A stretch of DNA of 64,000 nt from an uncultured Desulfarculus sp. (GCA_963665125.2 CAXXUK010000001.1:2272001-2336000), one strand, 5' to 3'. Numbered from the stretch's first letter, positions 28,746-40,666 are shown. Made by a program: numbers and translations. Notes: generated by a model not told the origin, from the letters alone.

Positions 28746-29632
28746 TGCTCCGGGTCGTCGGCGGGCGCGTCGCCCCAGCCGTCGTCTGCTTGCGTATCGG
28801 TCTGGGCCTCACCGTCCGTCTCCTTGGCCCTGGGGCCGGGGTCGGTGACGGCCAGTTCGGTGATATCCAGGGCCGGGCCGTTGCGCAGGCTCTGTTCTAG
28901 CTGTGCGAAGATGGCCCCGCGTCGGGTGGCCAGGGTGGCGTCTATGACCGTGTCGGCGGCCTCCACCATGCAGTCGCCGGGTCCCAGTTCATCGTCGGCA
29001 ATGACATTGACCCGCTCCAGCATGCCGAATCTTTGCAGAAGCTGCGGCTGCAACTCGTTGATGGCGCCGATATCCACGCTGGAGCAACGCACCGTCACGA
29101 TGCCGGAAGCCACTACCTGCTCAATGGCCCGCCGGACAACGCCGCCGATGAGTTTGCCGGGCAATGCATTATCGACCAAAAACAGGCCATCCACGGCCGC
29201 CTGAACCAGGGCGATTACCTCGCGCTCCAGATTGCCCAGCACATTGTGCTTGGCCCGGTCCAACGAGGCGGCAGCCGTTTCGATGTTGCTCATTGCCGCT
29301 TCGATGCGGGCGCGGCTGGCTAATTTACCTTCATCAAGGCCCTGCTGATAACCTTCTTCGTATGCCTTTTGGCGTATGGCCTCGGCCTCGGACTGGGCCT
29401 CGGCAATGCCCTGCTGGGCCTGCTGCACCTTTTCATCGGCGTCGGCCAAAATTCGCTTGGCCTGACGCTGGGCAACTTCACGGGGATCTTCCTGGGGCTT
29501 GCCCAGGTTGAGCAGCTCGAATTGATCCGGATGGTAACCGGCTGGTTTCTCCGGTTCGGGCTGGGGCTTCCGGGGCGCCTCGAATTCGCCCAGAACAAAG
29601 TCGGAAACGCTATCCCTGGCCTGGCTAGACAA
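28739..29632 (-). CDS. fliH: Flagellar assembly protein FliH
   Basis: AYEEGYQQGLDEG GxxxG repeats; between fliG and fliI. Confidence 0.88.
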   Translation of the reverse strand: MSSQARDSVSDFVLGEFEAPRKPQPEPEKPAGYHPDQFELLNLGKPQEDPREVAQRQAKRILADADEKVQQAQQGIAEAQSEAEAIRQKAYEEGYQQGLDEGKLASRARIEAAMSNIETAAASLDRAKHNVLGNLEREVIALVQAAVDGLFLVDNALPGKLIGGVVRRAIEQVVASGIVTVRCSSVDIGAINELQPQLLQRFGMLERVNVIADDELGPGDCMVEAADTVIDATLATRRGAIFAQLEQSLRNGPALDITELAVTDPGPRAKETDGEAQTDTQADDGWGDAPADDPEQW

Positions 29633-30635
29633 GGGTGTCCTCCCCGCCCTTGCCGCCGATGGCGATCTTGCCTTCCTTTTCCAGCCTGCGGGCGATCTGG
29701 ATGATCTTCTGCTGGGACTCCTCGACCTCCGACAGACGCACCGGGCCCATGACCTCCAGGTCCTCCTGGATCATTGCGGCGGCGCGCTCGGAAACGTTGC
29801 CCAAAATCTTGTCCTTGAGATCGTCGCTGGCGGTCTTGAGGGCCACGGTGAGGTCCTCGTTGCGGACCTCCTTGAGCAGGGTGCGGATGCCGCGGTCGTC
29901 GACGTTGATCAGGTCGTCGAACACGAACATGAGCTGGCGGATCTTTTCGGCCATCTCCGGGTCGTCTTCTTCCAGGCGGCCGAAGATGTGCTCCTCGGTG
30001 GCCTTGTCCACGTTGTTCAGCAACTCGGCCACGGCCTCCACGCCGCCAAGCTGCTTGGCTTCCGTGCCTTCGGTGGAGACAATCTCGCGCTGCAACACCG
30101 CATCGATCTCCTCGATGATACCCGGCGGAATTACATCCAGGCTGCTTACCCGCAGCACCACCTCGTATTGCAGGTTTTCGGGGAACTCCCGGAGGACCTC
30201 CGCCGCCTTTGACTGGGGCAGGTGGGCCAGGATCACGGCGATGGTCTGGGGATGCTCGCTCTTGATAAAGCTGGCCAGGGTCTTTGAGTCAACGGTTTTG
30301 ACCCGCTCAAAGGGGATGGGCTCCACCGAATGCTGCATGTCGGCAATCAGGTCTCTGGCCGCGTCTTCGCCCATGGCCAGGGCCAGGGCCCGTTGGGCGG
30401 TCTTGTTGCCGCCGATGAGCGGTCCGCCATCGCCCTTGAGCTTTTCCAGGAACTCCATCAATACCGAGTCGACGACCTTGGCGTCCACCTGGCTGAGTTG
30501 CTGCATGGCCAGGCCCACCTGGCGAATCTCTTCTTCATCCAGCTGCTTGAAGATTTCGGCGGCGAATTGCTCTCCCAGAGAGGCCAGAACGATGGCCGTT
30601 TTCTGGATCCCCGTAATCTTGTCGCCCGCTGCCAT
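29625..30635 (-). CDS. fliG: Flagellar motor switch protein FliG
   Basis: EHPQTIA, MFVFDDL, MGPVRLSEVE. Confidence 0.97.
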   Translation of the reverse strand: MAAGDKITGIQKTAIVLASLGEQFAAEIFKQLDEEEIRQVGLAMQQLSQVDAKVVDSVLMEFLEKLKGDGGPLIGGNKTAQRALALAMGEDAARDLIADMQHSVEPIPFERVKTVDSKTLASFIKSEHPQTIAVILAHLPQSKAAEVLREFPENLQYEVVLRVSSLDVIPPGIIEEIDAVLQREIVSTEGTEAKQLGGVEAVAELLNNVDKATEEHIFGRLEEDDPEMAEKIRQLMFVFDDLINVDDRGIRTLLKEVRNEDLTVALKTASDDLKDKILGNVSERAAAMIQEDLEVMGPVRLSEVEESQQKIIQIARRLEKEGKIAIGGKGGEDTLV

Positions 30636-30722
30636 GCTTCGCTCCTTGAGACTGCTTTATCGTCTAAAAGGCATTCTGAAGTCCGGCCCAGGGCGGATCA
30701 GCCGCCCGGAACCGGACCAGGT

Positions 30723-32420
30723 TTATGCTGCTTCGTGAATCCACCCGCGCAGTGCCGCGGTGGCCCGCTCCGGGTCCTGCTGGGCCGCCAGCAGAATCTG
30801 GTCCCTCACGCTGACCTTGCGGGCCATTGCCGCCTCGGCCAGGGCCGCTGGGGCCTCTTCGCCGGTCAATTCCTCGGCCGGGCCGACCCTGCGGGTGGCC
30901 GCGGCCAGTTCGCCCTTGGCGCTGACGTAATTGGAAGCGATCTTCAGGGCCGGACGGACAACCAGCAGGAAAAACAGCAGGGCCAGGACTATGTTGAGCG
31001 CCGGACGGCTCCACTCCTTGACATAATCTTCCCATGTCTTCGCGGCAAAGTCACCCAAATCGGACGGCAGGTGGAAAGGAATGTTGGCCAGGGTCACCTG
31101 GTCGCCGCGCTTGTCGTCAAAGCCCACGGCCTGGCGCACCAACTGGGTGAGCTGCTGCATTTCCTCGGCGCTGCGGGGTGCGAATTCCCGGGTCACCTTG
31201 CCTTCGGGGTCGGCGGTTTCCTTATAGGGCCCGTCCACCATCACCGCCACGGTGATGCGATCCAGGCCGCCGATGGCCTGGACGATCTGCTTCTGGGTGC
31301 GGCTGATTTCGTAGTTGGTGGTTTCGTTTTCCGTGTTGTTCTTGCTCTGGCCCTGGGCCTCTTCCGGGTTGGCGTTGGCTTCGGCCAGGGTGTAGCGCTG
31401 GTCGGGCGAACCCATTGGCATGTTGTTCATGCTGTTGGTGCTCTTGTCGCTGGCCCGGGTTTCGGAGCGCACGACCACCTGATCCGGGTCATACAGATCC
31501 TGGGTGGTGGCTGTACGGGTGAAGTCTATGTCCGCGTTAACCCGCACCACGGCCCGGCCCGGCCCGAGGACCTGCTCAAGCATGGATTGCACCTTGGCCG
31601 AAAGCCCGCGCTCGATGTTTTTCTGATAGTCCAACTGGCTTGCCGTAAGGGCGGCCGGGAAACCGTCTTTGTCGGTTTCCTTGCGATAGATCAGGTTGCC
31701 CCTGGTGTCGACGATAGTGACCCTGTCGTCGGTGAGGTCGGGCACCGAGCTGGACACCAGATTGACGATGCCGGCGATCTGGTTGGGCGTCAAGGCCTTG
31801 CCCCGCACCAGGCGCACCACCACGGCGGCGCTGGGCTTCTTTTCTTCCTCGACGAACAGCGATTCGCGGGGCAACACGATATGCACCCGGGCGTCTTCGA
31901 TTTCGGTAAAGCTCGATATGGTCCGGGCCAGTTCGCCCTGCAGGGCCCGCTGGAAATTGATGCGCTGGACAAAATCCGTGGTGCCCATCTGAATTTCATT
32001 GAAGACCTCGAAACCCACGCCGGCGCTGCCCCGGGGCAGGCCCACGCTGGCCAGGGAAAGGCGGGCCTCGTAAAGGTTCTCCTCGGGCACCTTGATGGTG
32101 GTGCCGTCGCCGGCCAGTTCGTAGGGAATCTTTTGATCCTGCAGGTGGGTGACGACCTGGGACGCGTCTTTCTGCGTCAGGCCGGAGTACAAGGTCTGGT
32201 AGGTCGGCTGGTTGATCCACAAAAAGGCGGCGATCAGACCGGCGGCCGCCAAGGCCGCCATGGCCAGCACCATGATCCGCCTGCTGGCGGGCATCTCACC
32301 GATTATATTGCCTATGCCGCCCTTGGGCGCGCCTTTGCCGCGTTTGCGAGGGGCGGCGCCTTCCGCCGGGGCGATTTCGGTGGTTTGTTCGGGAGCCTTT
32401 TGGACGTCGGTGTCGGCCAT
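30723..32420 (-). CDS. fliF: Flagellar MS-ring protein FliF
   Basis: GFEVF, RALQGELARTI, ARVHIVLP, TTNYEISR, RGDQV. Confidence 0.97.
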   Translation of the reverse strand: MADTDVQKAPEQTTEIAPAEGAAPRKRGKGAPKGGIGNIIGEMPASRRIMVLAMAALAAAGLIAAFLWINQPTYQTLYSGLTQKDASQVVTHLQDQKIPYELAGDGTTIKVPEENLYEARLSLASVGLPRGSAGVGFEVFNEIQMGTTDFVQRINFQRALQGELARTISSFTEIEDARVHIVLPRESLFVEEEKKPSAAVVVRLVRGKALTPNQIAGIVNLVSSSVPDLTDDRVTIVDTRGNLIYRKETDKDGFPAALTASQLDYQKNIERGLSAKVQSMLEQVLGPGRAVVRVNADIDFTRTATTQDLYDPDQVVVRSETRASDKSTNSMNNMPMGSPDQRYTLAEANANPEEAQGQSKNNTENETTNYEISRTQKQIVQAIGGLDRITVAVMVDGPYKETADPEGKVTREFAPRSAEEMQQLTQLVRQAVGFDDKRGDQVTLANIPFHLPSDLGDFAAKTWEDYVKEWSRPALNIVLALLFFLLVVRPALKIASNYVSAKGELAAATRRVGPAEELTGEEAPAALAEAAMARKVSVRDQILLAAQQDPERATAALRGWIHEAA

Positions 32421-32435
32421 GGTTGATCACCCCTT

Positions 32436-32729
32436 CTAGAAGTTCATCCGCCAGATTTCCTGATACGCGCTGATGGCCTTGTCACGCACGGTAACCATCA
32501 AACGAAACGCGATATCAGCTTTCTCGACATCAATCATGGTCTGGTGCAAGGTCTTGCGGCGGCCTGTGGCCAAATCCTCCACGGAGTTTTCAGCCTTCTG
32601 GTTGAGCCTCTCGACGTCGTCCACAGCCTTTTTCAAGGTGTCGCCAAAACCCTGCCCGGCCTTGGGACTCTTGAAGCCGGGCATATTGGGAACCATGCCG
32701 GTCAATGGGTCGATGGGATTGGTTGACAT
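32436..32729 (-). CDS. fliE: Flagellar hook-basal body protein FliE
   Basis: VRDKAISAYQEIWRM. Confidence 0.95.
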   Translation of the reverse strand: MSTNPIDPLTGMVPNMPGFKSPKAGQGFGDTLKKAVDDVERLNQKAENSVEDLATGRRKTLHQTMIDVEKADIAFRLMVTVRDKAISAYQEIWRMNF

Positions 32730-32742
32730 AACCTATCTCCTG

Positions 32743-33186
32743 CTACCTTGCGATTTCCAGGGCCTTGAGGGCCATGTTCTTGCTGGCGCCGACCGCCGTG
32801 ACATTGGCCTCGTACGATCTGGTGGCGCTTACCAGGTTGACCATCTCCGAAACCACGTCCACGTTGGGGTAGAGTACATAGCCATCGGCGTCGGCGTCCG
32901 GGTGGTTGGGGTCGAACACCTTTTTGAACGGAGAGTTGTCCTGGGCAATCTCGTTGACCAAAACGCCCTTGCGGGGGTCGTTTTGCTGGGGAGGAGAATC
33001 CAGGGCCTGGGTCAGGTGCGAAACGAACGGGTTTGCCGAGAAAACCGTCACCCGGCGGCGGTAGGGTCCTCCCTCGGCGGTCCGGGTGGTCTCGGCGTTG
33101 GCCAGGTTCTGGCTGATGATGTTGATCCTGGTGCGCTGGGCGCTGAGCCCGCTGGCGCTGATTTCCATTGAACTCAGAAAATCCAT
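32743..33186 (-). CDS. flgC: Flagellar basal body rod protein FlgC
   Basis: ISASGLSAQR..SQNLANA, GPYRR, HPDA..GYV.YPNV, RSYEAN. Confidence 0.97.
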   Translation of the reverse strand: MDFLSSMEISASGLSAQRTRINIISQNLANAETTRTAEGGPYRRRVTVFSANPFVSHLTQALDSPPQQNDPRKGVLVNEIAQDNSPFKKVFDPNHPDADADGYVLYPNVDVVSEMVNLVSATRSYEANVTAVGASKNMALKALEIAR

Positions 33187-33590
33187 TATCCGCCTCCTCC
33201 GCCGCTGCCCATGGCAGTCTTGAGTTTGGAGAATTTCTTGGTTAAAAGCGTGATCATCGTGTTGAACATCACGTTGTTTTCGGCCAGTTTGCTCATCTCG
33301 ATGTCCAGGTGAACCGGACCGGTGTCCTTGTAGACGCCCTTGGCATCGCCAAACGCGCCGGGGTCTTCATAGGGCATGTGTTTGGAGTTGGTGCGGCTCA
33401 TGGAAGTAGGCATAATGCCGCCGCTGATGGCCGCCCGGAGCTGCTTTTCGAACTCCAGCCCGGTGCCGATGTAATTGGGGGTATCCAGGTTGGCGATGTT
33501 CCTGGAAATGAGCTTGTGCCGGGTGACACGGCGGTCCATGTTCGCGTTGAGCAACTGGATATTTTGATCGAAAAGGGTTTTGTCCGCCAT
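33186..33590 (-). CDS. flgB: Flagellar basal body rod protein FlgB
   Basis: SRNIANLDTPNY, LDIEMSKLAEN. Confidence 0.93.
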   Translation of the reverse strand: MADKTLFDQNIQLLNANMDRRVTRHKLISRNIANLDTPNYIGTGLEFEKQLRAAISGGIMPTSMSRTNSKHMPYEDPGAFGDAKGVYKDTGPVHLDIEMSKLAENNVMFNTMITLLTKKFSKLKTAMGSGGGGG

Positions 33591-33637
33591 TCGGGCCTCC
33601 TGACGCTTGCATTAAATGGCGTATGGCCGACTTAATT

Positions 33638-33653
33638 AGCAATCGGCGTGCCA
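33638..33653 (-). promoter_or_regulatory. Sigma-54 promoter of the flgB operon
   Basis: Minus strand TGGCAC-GCCGA-TTGCT. Confidence 0.88.
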
Positions 33654-33820
33654 AATGCACCAGATTTCCGGACCATCTTAGAAATGGGTAAATAGGCTTG
33701 AAATTCAATATGATGAGTCATGGGCCGCCAACGGTCTGTCGGCAAAGGTATGGTAGCCCTACTTATACGCCAAGGTTTTGACGGAAACGATCCGGCAGGC
33801 CTTACCCAACGCCGTCAGAA

Positions 33821-35206
<1,386 letters not shown>

Positions 35207-35293
35207 TTTTCATCCGACTTCCAACAAGCAAGGTAGCGTTATCACGTATCAACGGTGCTTACCGGCACTCAGTATACTATATTTGCGCGGCGT

Positions 35294-38200
35294 TTACTTT
35301 CCTATCTCCACCAGGCGCTTGCTAAGGGCCAGATCATCGAGCATGCCTTTGGCCATATCAGACCAGGGCGTCTTCTGCATCCCCACCAAATCCTTTAGAA
35401 CATCGACCATTTGCTTGGTTTTTCCGCCCCGGTGGTAGGCCTTGGCCAGTTCATATCGAGCCTGGGCCTTGTCATCGTCGCTCTGGGCCAGGCCCTCGGC
35501 CGTGGCGTATTGCATGATGCAGAGGTTTTTATTGCCCGCCTGCCGGGCGGCCGCGCCGGAATCCATGGCCACCATGAAGCGCTCCAGAAGAGCGTCCTGG
35601 CCTGTCTGTTGTTCCAGGATGGCCGCAGAGCGGTCAAATGCCGCAAGGGCCTCGTTATATTGGCCCAGTTGCACCAGGGAGAGGCCAAGGGAGCGGTAGT
35701 CGCCGGCCGCTCCGGAGTGACTGGGGCTCATTTTCAACAGGCCGGTAAGCACTTCGGCTGATTTTTTATAATCGCCGATGCGTTGCAAGGCCCTGCCATA
35801 TAGCGATTTTGCCGTAACAGCGTCGGGCCCTTTCAAGGCGGCGAAATCCGTCTCGCCCAGGGTTTCGGCCGCTTCGCCGTAATCTCCGTTCTTGTACAGG
35901 TTTTCGGCCCAGGCCAGCCATATCTCTGGATCAACCACGCCGCGGCCCGCCAACACGCGGTAAAGCCCGGCCGCCCGGTCGTATAGGTTGGCCTCGCCAT
36001 AGGCCCAGGCCAGCAGCCTGAGCATCTCGTTGCTGTTTGGCCTCTTTAAAAGAACCCGGTTGCGCAGGTAGGCGTCCATCAACTCCAGGGGCTTGCCGTC
36101 GGCCTTGAGCTTTTCCAGATAGCCGATCACGGCCAGGTTCAGCGTATAGTCCACCTCGCCCCTAAACGGCGTATTGGGATGGAGCTGCAACAATTTTTCC
36201 AGAATATCTATGGACTTGGCGAACCTTTTCTTCTTGTAGAAGTAAACCGCCAGCTTGACCTTGGCCAGTTGGCCGACTTCCCGGTTGGTGTATTTGTCCG
36301 CTATTTCCTTGTACGTGCGGTAGGCGTCCACGTCGGCCTTGACCTGGAAGATGTCCCAGGGGTGCTCGGTGTCTTTTTCCGGAGATTCGGCCAGGCGTAT
36401 GCGCGAGACCAAGGCGCCGTCGGTGTCGGGATAGACGTCCAGAACCTGGGCGTAGATCTCCCTGGCCGCCCGGTGGTGGCCCTGGTAGCCGTAGCTGTCG
36501 CCGACACGGGTCATGATGATGTCGCCCTCACGCATATCCGGCCTGATGTTCAGGGCCCACAGGAAGTAGAACCGGGCCTTTTCATAATTGCCCAATTGGA
36601 ACTCGGCCTCGCCGATATAGTAAAGCAACTCAGGGTCTTGCAGATAGAGCTGGGGGTTTTCCTTGGCCATCTCCGCCAGCACATCGGCTGCGGCGCGGTA
36701 GCGGGCCTGTCCGAAATAGGCCTGGGCCAGGCCCCACTGGGCCTCCGCCCGGTAGCGGCTGTCCGGGTAATCGTCGAGCACCCGCTGATATTGGCTCACG
36801 GCCAGTCCGTACTGGCCCTGGCGTTCATAAGAGCGCCCGCGGTTGACCAGGGCCAGGGGCACATATTCGCTCTTGGGGTAGTCCTGGATCACGATCTCGA
36901 AATAGCCCATGCCCCTGAACGGCTCGTCCACCAGCATGCTGGCCTTGCCCATCATCAACAGGGCCCAGGGCACCTGGTCCGATTGGGGATACAGGTCAAT
37001 GGCCCGCTGGTAGTTGAACATGGTCTCGTTGAAGACCATGGGCATATCGCGCTCATGCAGATAATAATAGGCGTCGGCAAGGCGGTAGGCCGCCTCCCCG
37101 GCCTCGGGGCTCTCGGGGAAACGCTTGAACACTTCCTCGAAGGTGATGTAGGCCTGATTGAAATCCCGGTTTTCCAGGGCGGCCTTGCCCCTGGTCATCA
37201 ACCGAGTGATCATCTGCTGCTTTTGCTCGGCCTCTTTTTGTTTGGCCAATTCGGCCGGACTGAGGGTTGGCTCGGCCTTGGCCACCGCCTCCCTGTCGCG
37301 GGCATCTTCCCTGGCCTGACGCACGTTGTCGAGGACCTCCCGCTCTTCGGTCGGGGGTTTTGCCTGTTCGCCCGCCGGGGCCTTGGGCGTCCGGGGACGG
37401 GCCAGCGCCGGAGGTGTGTGCAACGACGGAATCAGGCCCCTGGCTACATACGGCTCGCGGCTGTTCACCTGGGCCGCCACCGCGTACACCGGTGTCTCAT
37501 GCACCAGTTGGGCCGCTCGATCGGCAAAGCGCTGCGAGGGTTTGGGCGTGGCCGTGGGCATTGCCGCGGCGGTGGCCGTGGAAGCGGGCTTCACCTCTTC
37601 GGTGGGCGGGGTGGGCATGGTCGCGGATGCCACAGGCCTCTGTGTTTCCGTTCCCGTGGCCTGAGGTATAGCCCCCCTGGCCACGGAGCCCGGCTGCTCC
37701 GTCTCGGCCCGCTGGGGTATCTGATGGGAGTCTGGCGTCGGACTGGGCCTGGGGCCGCCCAGGTCCACGTCCAACACGGCGGCCCTGCCGCCAATGGCGT
37801 AAAAGAGGCGGTGCCTTTGGGGCTCGTCCTTGAACTCAATGCGTAGAATCAGTGGGTTGCGCCGGATCACCCCGATGGACGACACCCGGTCGTCCGTATC
37901 ATCAAACTCGGCGCCGGGCATGAGCCCTCCCCGCTGCAAACGCAGCCAGCCTATACGGCCTTCCTGCTCATACTCTGCCTCCACCGGGGCGTCGCCCTGG
38001 ACTACCAGCCTTGTATAGGTCGGTTTGCTGGCCAGGCGGACGGCTTTGATGTTGGGCACCGGTTTTTCCTGGGCGGGCATCAACTCGTTTTGGCGGGGTT
38101 TTTCATCGGTCTTGGCGGCCTGGGGCGTTTGTTGACCTGGTGGAACCACCGGCTCGGAGGCTTGGTCCAGGGGAACCTTTTCGGCGGCTACCGAGAGGCC

Positions 38201-38695
38201 GGGGCCAGCCTTTTCGGCCGTGGTCTTGGGCCGGGGCACATCCACTGCCTGGGCCGGTTGGCCGCCCAATTCAACACTGAGGCGTTTGGTGGTGGCGTCG
38301 TACATTGGCAGAATGGTCACGCCCGGCTGGGTGGTGCGCAGACGCAGGATCAGTGTGCCGTTGGAACGGGAACCGGTTATGGCGCCGACAAGCCCCCTTT
38401 GCCCCTTTTCGGGCAGATCGGCATCCAGGGAGGAGCCGGGCAGGGTAATCTCGATGTCGCGGGGCCCGGCGAGGTCCAGTTGAAAACGGAAGGGAGCGTC
38501 GCCCTGCAGAACAAGATACGTCGTCTCGGAGCCGGGCTTGATGTCCACGGCCGTGATGCGCGCCGCATGGGAGTTGGCAGCGGCCAGTAAAAACAGGACC
38601 AATAAGGCCCCAAATAGAATATGCCTTCCTGCCCTGGTTATGCTTCGCCTCCCTGCGGTGTTGGCGTCTCGGGCGGCGTCAATGCCGCTACACAT
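35294..38695 (-). CDS. Large periplasmic TPR protein with AMIN-like N-terminal domains, flagellar-associated
   Basis: Signal/TM segment, two beta domains (TTYLVLQGD; YTRLVVQGD), Pro/Ala/Thr linker, many TPRs. Confidence 0.82.
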   Translation of the reverse strand: MCSGIDAARDANTAGRRSITRAGRHILFGALLVLFLLAAANSHAARITAVDIKPGSETTYLVLQGDAPFRFQLDLAGPRDIEITLPGSSLDADLPEKGQRGLVGAITGSRSNGTLILRLRTTQPGVTILPMYDATTKRLSVELGGQPAQAVDVPRPKTTAEKAGPGLSVAAEKVPLDQASEPVVPPGQQTPQAAKTDEKPRQNELMPAQEKPVPNIKAVRLASKPTYTRLVVQGDAPVEAEYEQEGRIGWLRLQRGGLMPGAEFDDTDDRVSSIGVIRRNPLILRIEFKDEPQRHRLFYAIGGRAAVLDVDLGGPRPSPTPDSHQIPQRAETEQPGSVARGAIPQATGTETQRPVASATMPTPPTEEVKPASTATAAAMPTATPKPSQRFADRAAQLVHETPVYAVAAQVNSREPYVARGLIPSLHTPPALARPRTPKAPAGEQAKPPTEEREVLDNVRQAREDARDREAVAKAEPTLSPAELAKQKEAEQKQQMITRLMTRGKAALENRDFNQAYITFEEVFKRFPESPEAGEAAYRLADAYYYLHERDMPMVFNETMFNYQRAIDLYPQSDQVPWALLMMGKASMLVDEPFRGMGYFEIVIQDYPKSEYVPLALVNRGRSYERQGQYGLAVSQYQRVLDDYPDSRYRAEAQWGLAQAYFGQARYRAAADVLAEMAKENPQLYLQDPELLYYIGEAEFQLGNYEKARFYFLWALNIRPDMREGDIIMTRVGDSYGYQGHHRAAREIYAQVLDVYPDTDGALVSRIRLAESPEKDTEHPWDIFQVKADVDAYRTYKEIADKYTNREVGQLAKVKLAVYFYKKKRFAKSIDILEKLLQLHPNTPFRGEVDYTLNLAVIGYLEKLKADGKPLELMDAYLRNRVLLKRPNSNEMLRLLAWAYGEANLYDRAAGLYRVLAGRGVVDPEIWLAWAENLYKNGDYGEAAETLGETDFAALKGPDAVTAKSLYGRALQRIGDYKKSAEVLTGLLKMSPSHSGAAGDYRSLGLSLVQLGQYNEALAAFDRSAAILEQQTGQDALLERFMVAMDSGAAARQAGNKNLCIMQYATAEGLAQSDDDKAQARYELAKAYHRGGKTKQMVDVLKDLVGMQKTPWSDMAKGMLDDLALSKRLVEIGK

Positions 38696-38710
38696 GCCTA
38701 ATCCTTAAAT

Positions 38711-38726
38711 TGCAAAGCCGGTGCCA
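38711..38726 (-). promoter_or_regulatory. Sigma-54 promoter of the TPR gene (and probably the FleR-like gene)
   Basis: Minus strand TGGCAC-CGGCT-TTGCA. Confidence 0.88.
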
Positions 38727-38818
38727 AATAACGGTTGTGGGCAACAATGCCATATCATATTGATATCAATAACATTATTCGGTTAAACCAAAATCAGCAT
38801 TTTCCGATCTTCAGACAT

Positions 38819-38834
38819 TGTCAAACCGTTGACA
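38819..38834. promoter_or_regulatory. Candidate enhancer palindrome (FleQ-box-like)
   Basis: TGTCAA-ACCG-TTGACA, about 93 nt upstream of the sigma-54 site. Confidence 0.65.
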
Positions 38835-38851
38835 CCGGAAAAGCGTCAATT

Positions 38852-40266
38852 TTATTGCTGGATTATGCCTTTTTTCTTGATTTTCTCCACCAGGGTGGTC
38901 CGGTTCAGTTTGAGCATGGCCGCGGCCTGATTCTTGACCCAGTTGGTGCGGTCCAGGGCCTGGATAATCAGGTTGCGTTCAAAGGTGTCCACGGCCTGGT
39001 TGAAATCAAGGCCATCCGGCGGGATAACCGCTTCCGCGCAGTCCTGGACCGGGTCCAGGCCCGGCATGGGACCGGGCTCCAATTCGGCCAGGCGGGCCGG
39101 CAGGTCCTCCTGGCTGATGACGTCGTCCTCGGCCAGGATGCACATGCGCTCAAGCATGTTCTCCAATTCGCGGACATTGCCCGGCCAGGAATAACGCATC
39201 AGTTTTTCCATGATGTCGGTAGGCAGCTTTTTGGTCCCAATACCCTTTTGGCGGCCAAGCCGGTCTATGAAGTGATTGCAAAGCAGGGGGATGTCGCTGC
39301 GGCGGTCCCGGAGCGGAGGCACCCTGATGGGCACCACGTTCAGGCGGTAGTACAGGTCTTCGCGGAAGCCGCCCTTTTCCACCAGATCCTTGAGGTCGCG
39401 GTTGGTGGCGGCCACGACGCGGATATCGGCGTCTATGGTCTTGATGCCGCCGACGCGCTCGAACTGGTGCTCCTGGAGCACCCGCAGAAGCTTGACTTGC
39501 AGTTGCGGCGACATATCGCCTATCTCGTCGAGGAAGACCGTGCCGCCTTCGGCCATTTCAAAACGGCCGGGCCGGGATTTTATGGCCCCGGTGAAGGCCC
39601 CTTTTTCATGGCCGAAAAGCTCGCTTTCCAGAAGCTCCTCGGGGATGGCCCGCAGTTGACAGGCACCAAGGGCTTGTCCTTGCGGTCCGACTGGTGGTGG
39701 ATGGCCCGGGCCACCAGTTCCTTGCCCGTACCGCTTTCGCCCAGGATCAATACCGTGGAATCGGTGCGGGCGACCTTATGCACCAGCCGGAAAACCTCCT
39801 GCATAGGTCCACTGGAGCCGACGATGTTTTCCACGTCATACTTGCGGCTAAGTTCCCGGCGGTGGCGCAGGCCTTCCCGCCGCAAACGGCGGTATTCGAT
39901 GGCCTCGTCAAGGGGTCCGTGCAGGTCTTCCTTTTGCCTAGGGCGGCGCACGAAATTGAATGCGCCCAGCCTCAAGGCCCTTACGGCCCGGCCAACGGAC
40001 TGATCGTCCGACAGCACCGTGACAACGCTGTCCGGATACATGTCCACCAGGCGCACCAAAAGGTCGTCGGTGGAGTCACCCTTTTGATTGTCGCGCAGAA
40101 AACAAAGGTCGAAATACTGCTGGTCAGCTAGAGGCAGGGCTTCCTTGGCCGAAGCGGCCGATAACAAGGAAAAGCCTTTCTCCCTGAGAATATCTTCCCA
40201 CAGGTGCATGCGGTCTTGGTCTTCGTCCACCACCAACACCGCGCCACGGCTGGAGTTTTTCTTCAT
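38852..40266 (-). pseudogene. Sigma-54-dependent activator, FleQ/FlrA-like, split by a 1-nt frameshift (real or sequencing error)
   Basis: ORF 39580-40266 ends ...VPVNCG then goes off-frame. [22 protein letters not shown] continues in another frame into ORF 38852-39556. Confidence 0.88.
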
Positions 40267-40323
40267 GAGGCCCCCAACTTGTTGTCAGCCGAGCAAAGCG
40301 TCATAATTTCGACGCTATTACTA

Positions 40324-40352
40324 TTTATATGTTTTTCTTTATTTTTTTTCAA
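40324..40352 (-). promoter_or_regulatory. Sigma-70-like promoter of the FleQ/FlrA-like gene
   Basis: Minus strand TTGAAA-N17-TATAAA in an AT-rich stretch. Confidence 0.55.
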
Positions 40353-40666
40353 GCATGTTAGCTGGATAAAGGGCCAGATTATCTTAAAAAAATGTGAAAT
40401 TCGGGTTGCGGCAAGCTTGACCGCGTATGCGGAACGGGGATACCCTGAATATATGAGGGCACAATCACGTCTACCTCACCGGCTGCCGGCGGGGCCAAAA
40501 AAGACGCGTCTGCCAGCAAACGCGCCTCCAAGCCCGGCAGCAACTCCAGCCTATATTACGGCGGCAATCCATTGCGCCGCCGCGGACGAACCGGCAGGTT
40601 CGCATATCCTTACCCGGGCTTGCTCCCGGCAAGCACCAGACCAACCCACCCATGGAGGAAAGCTAC

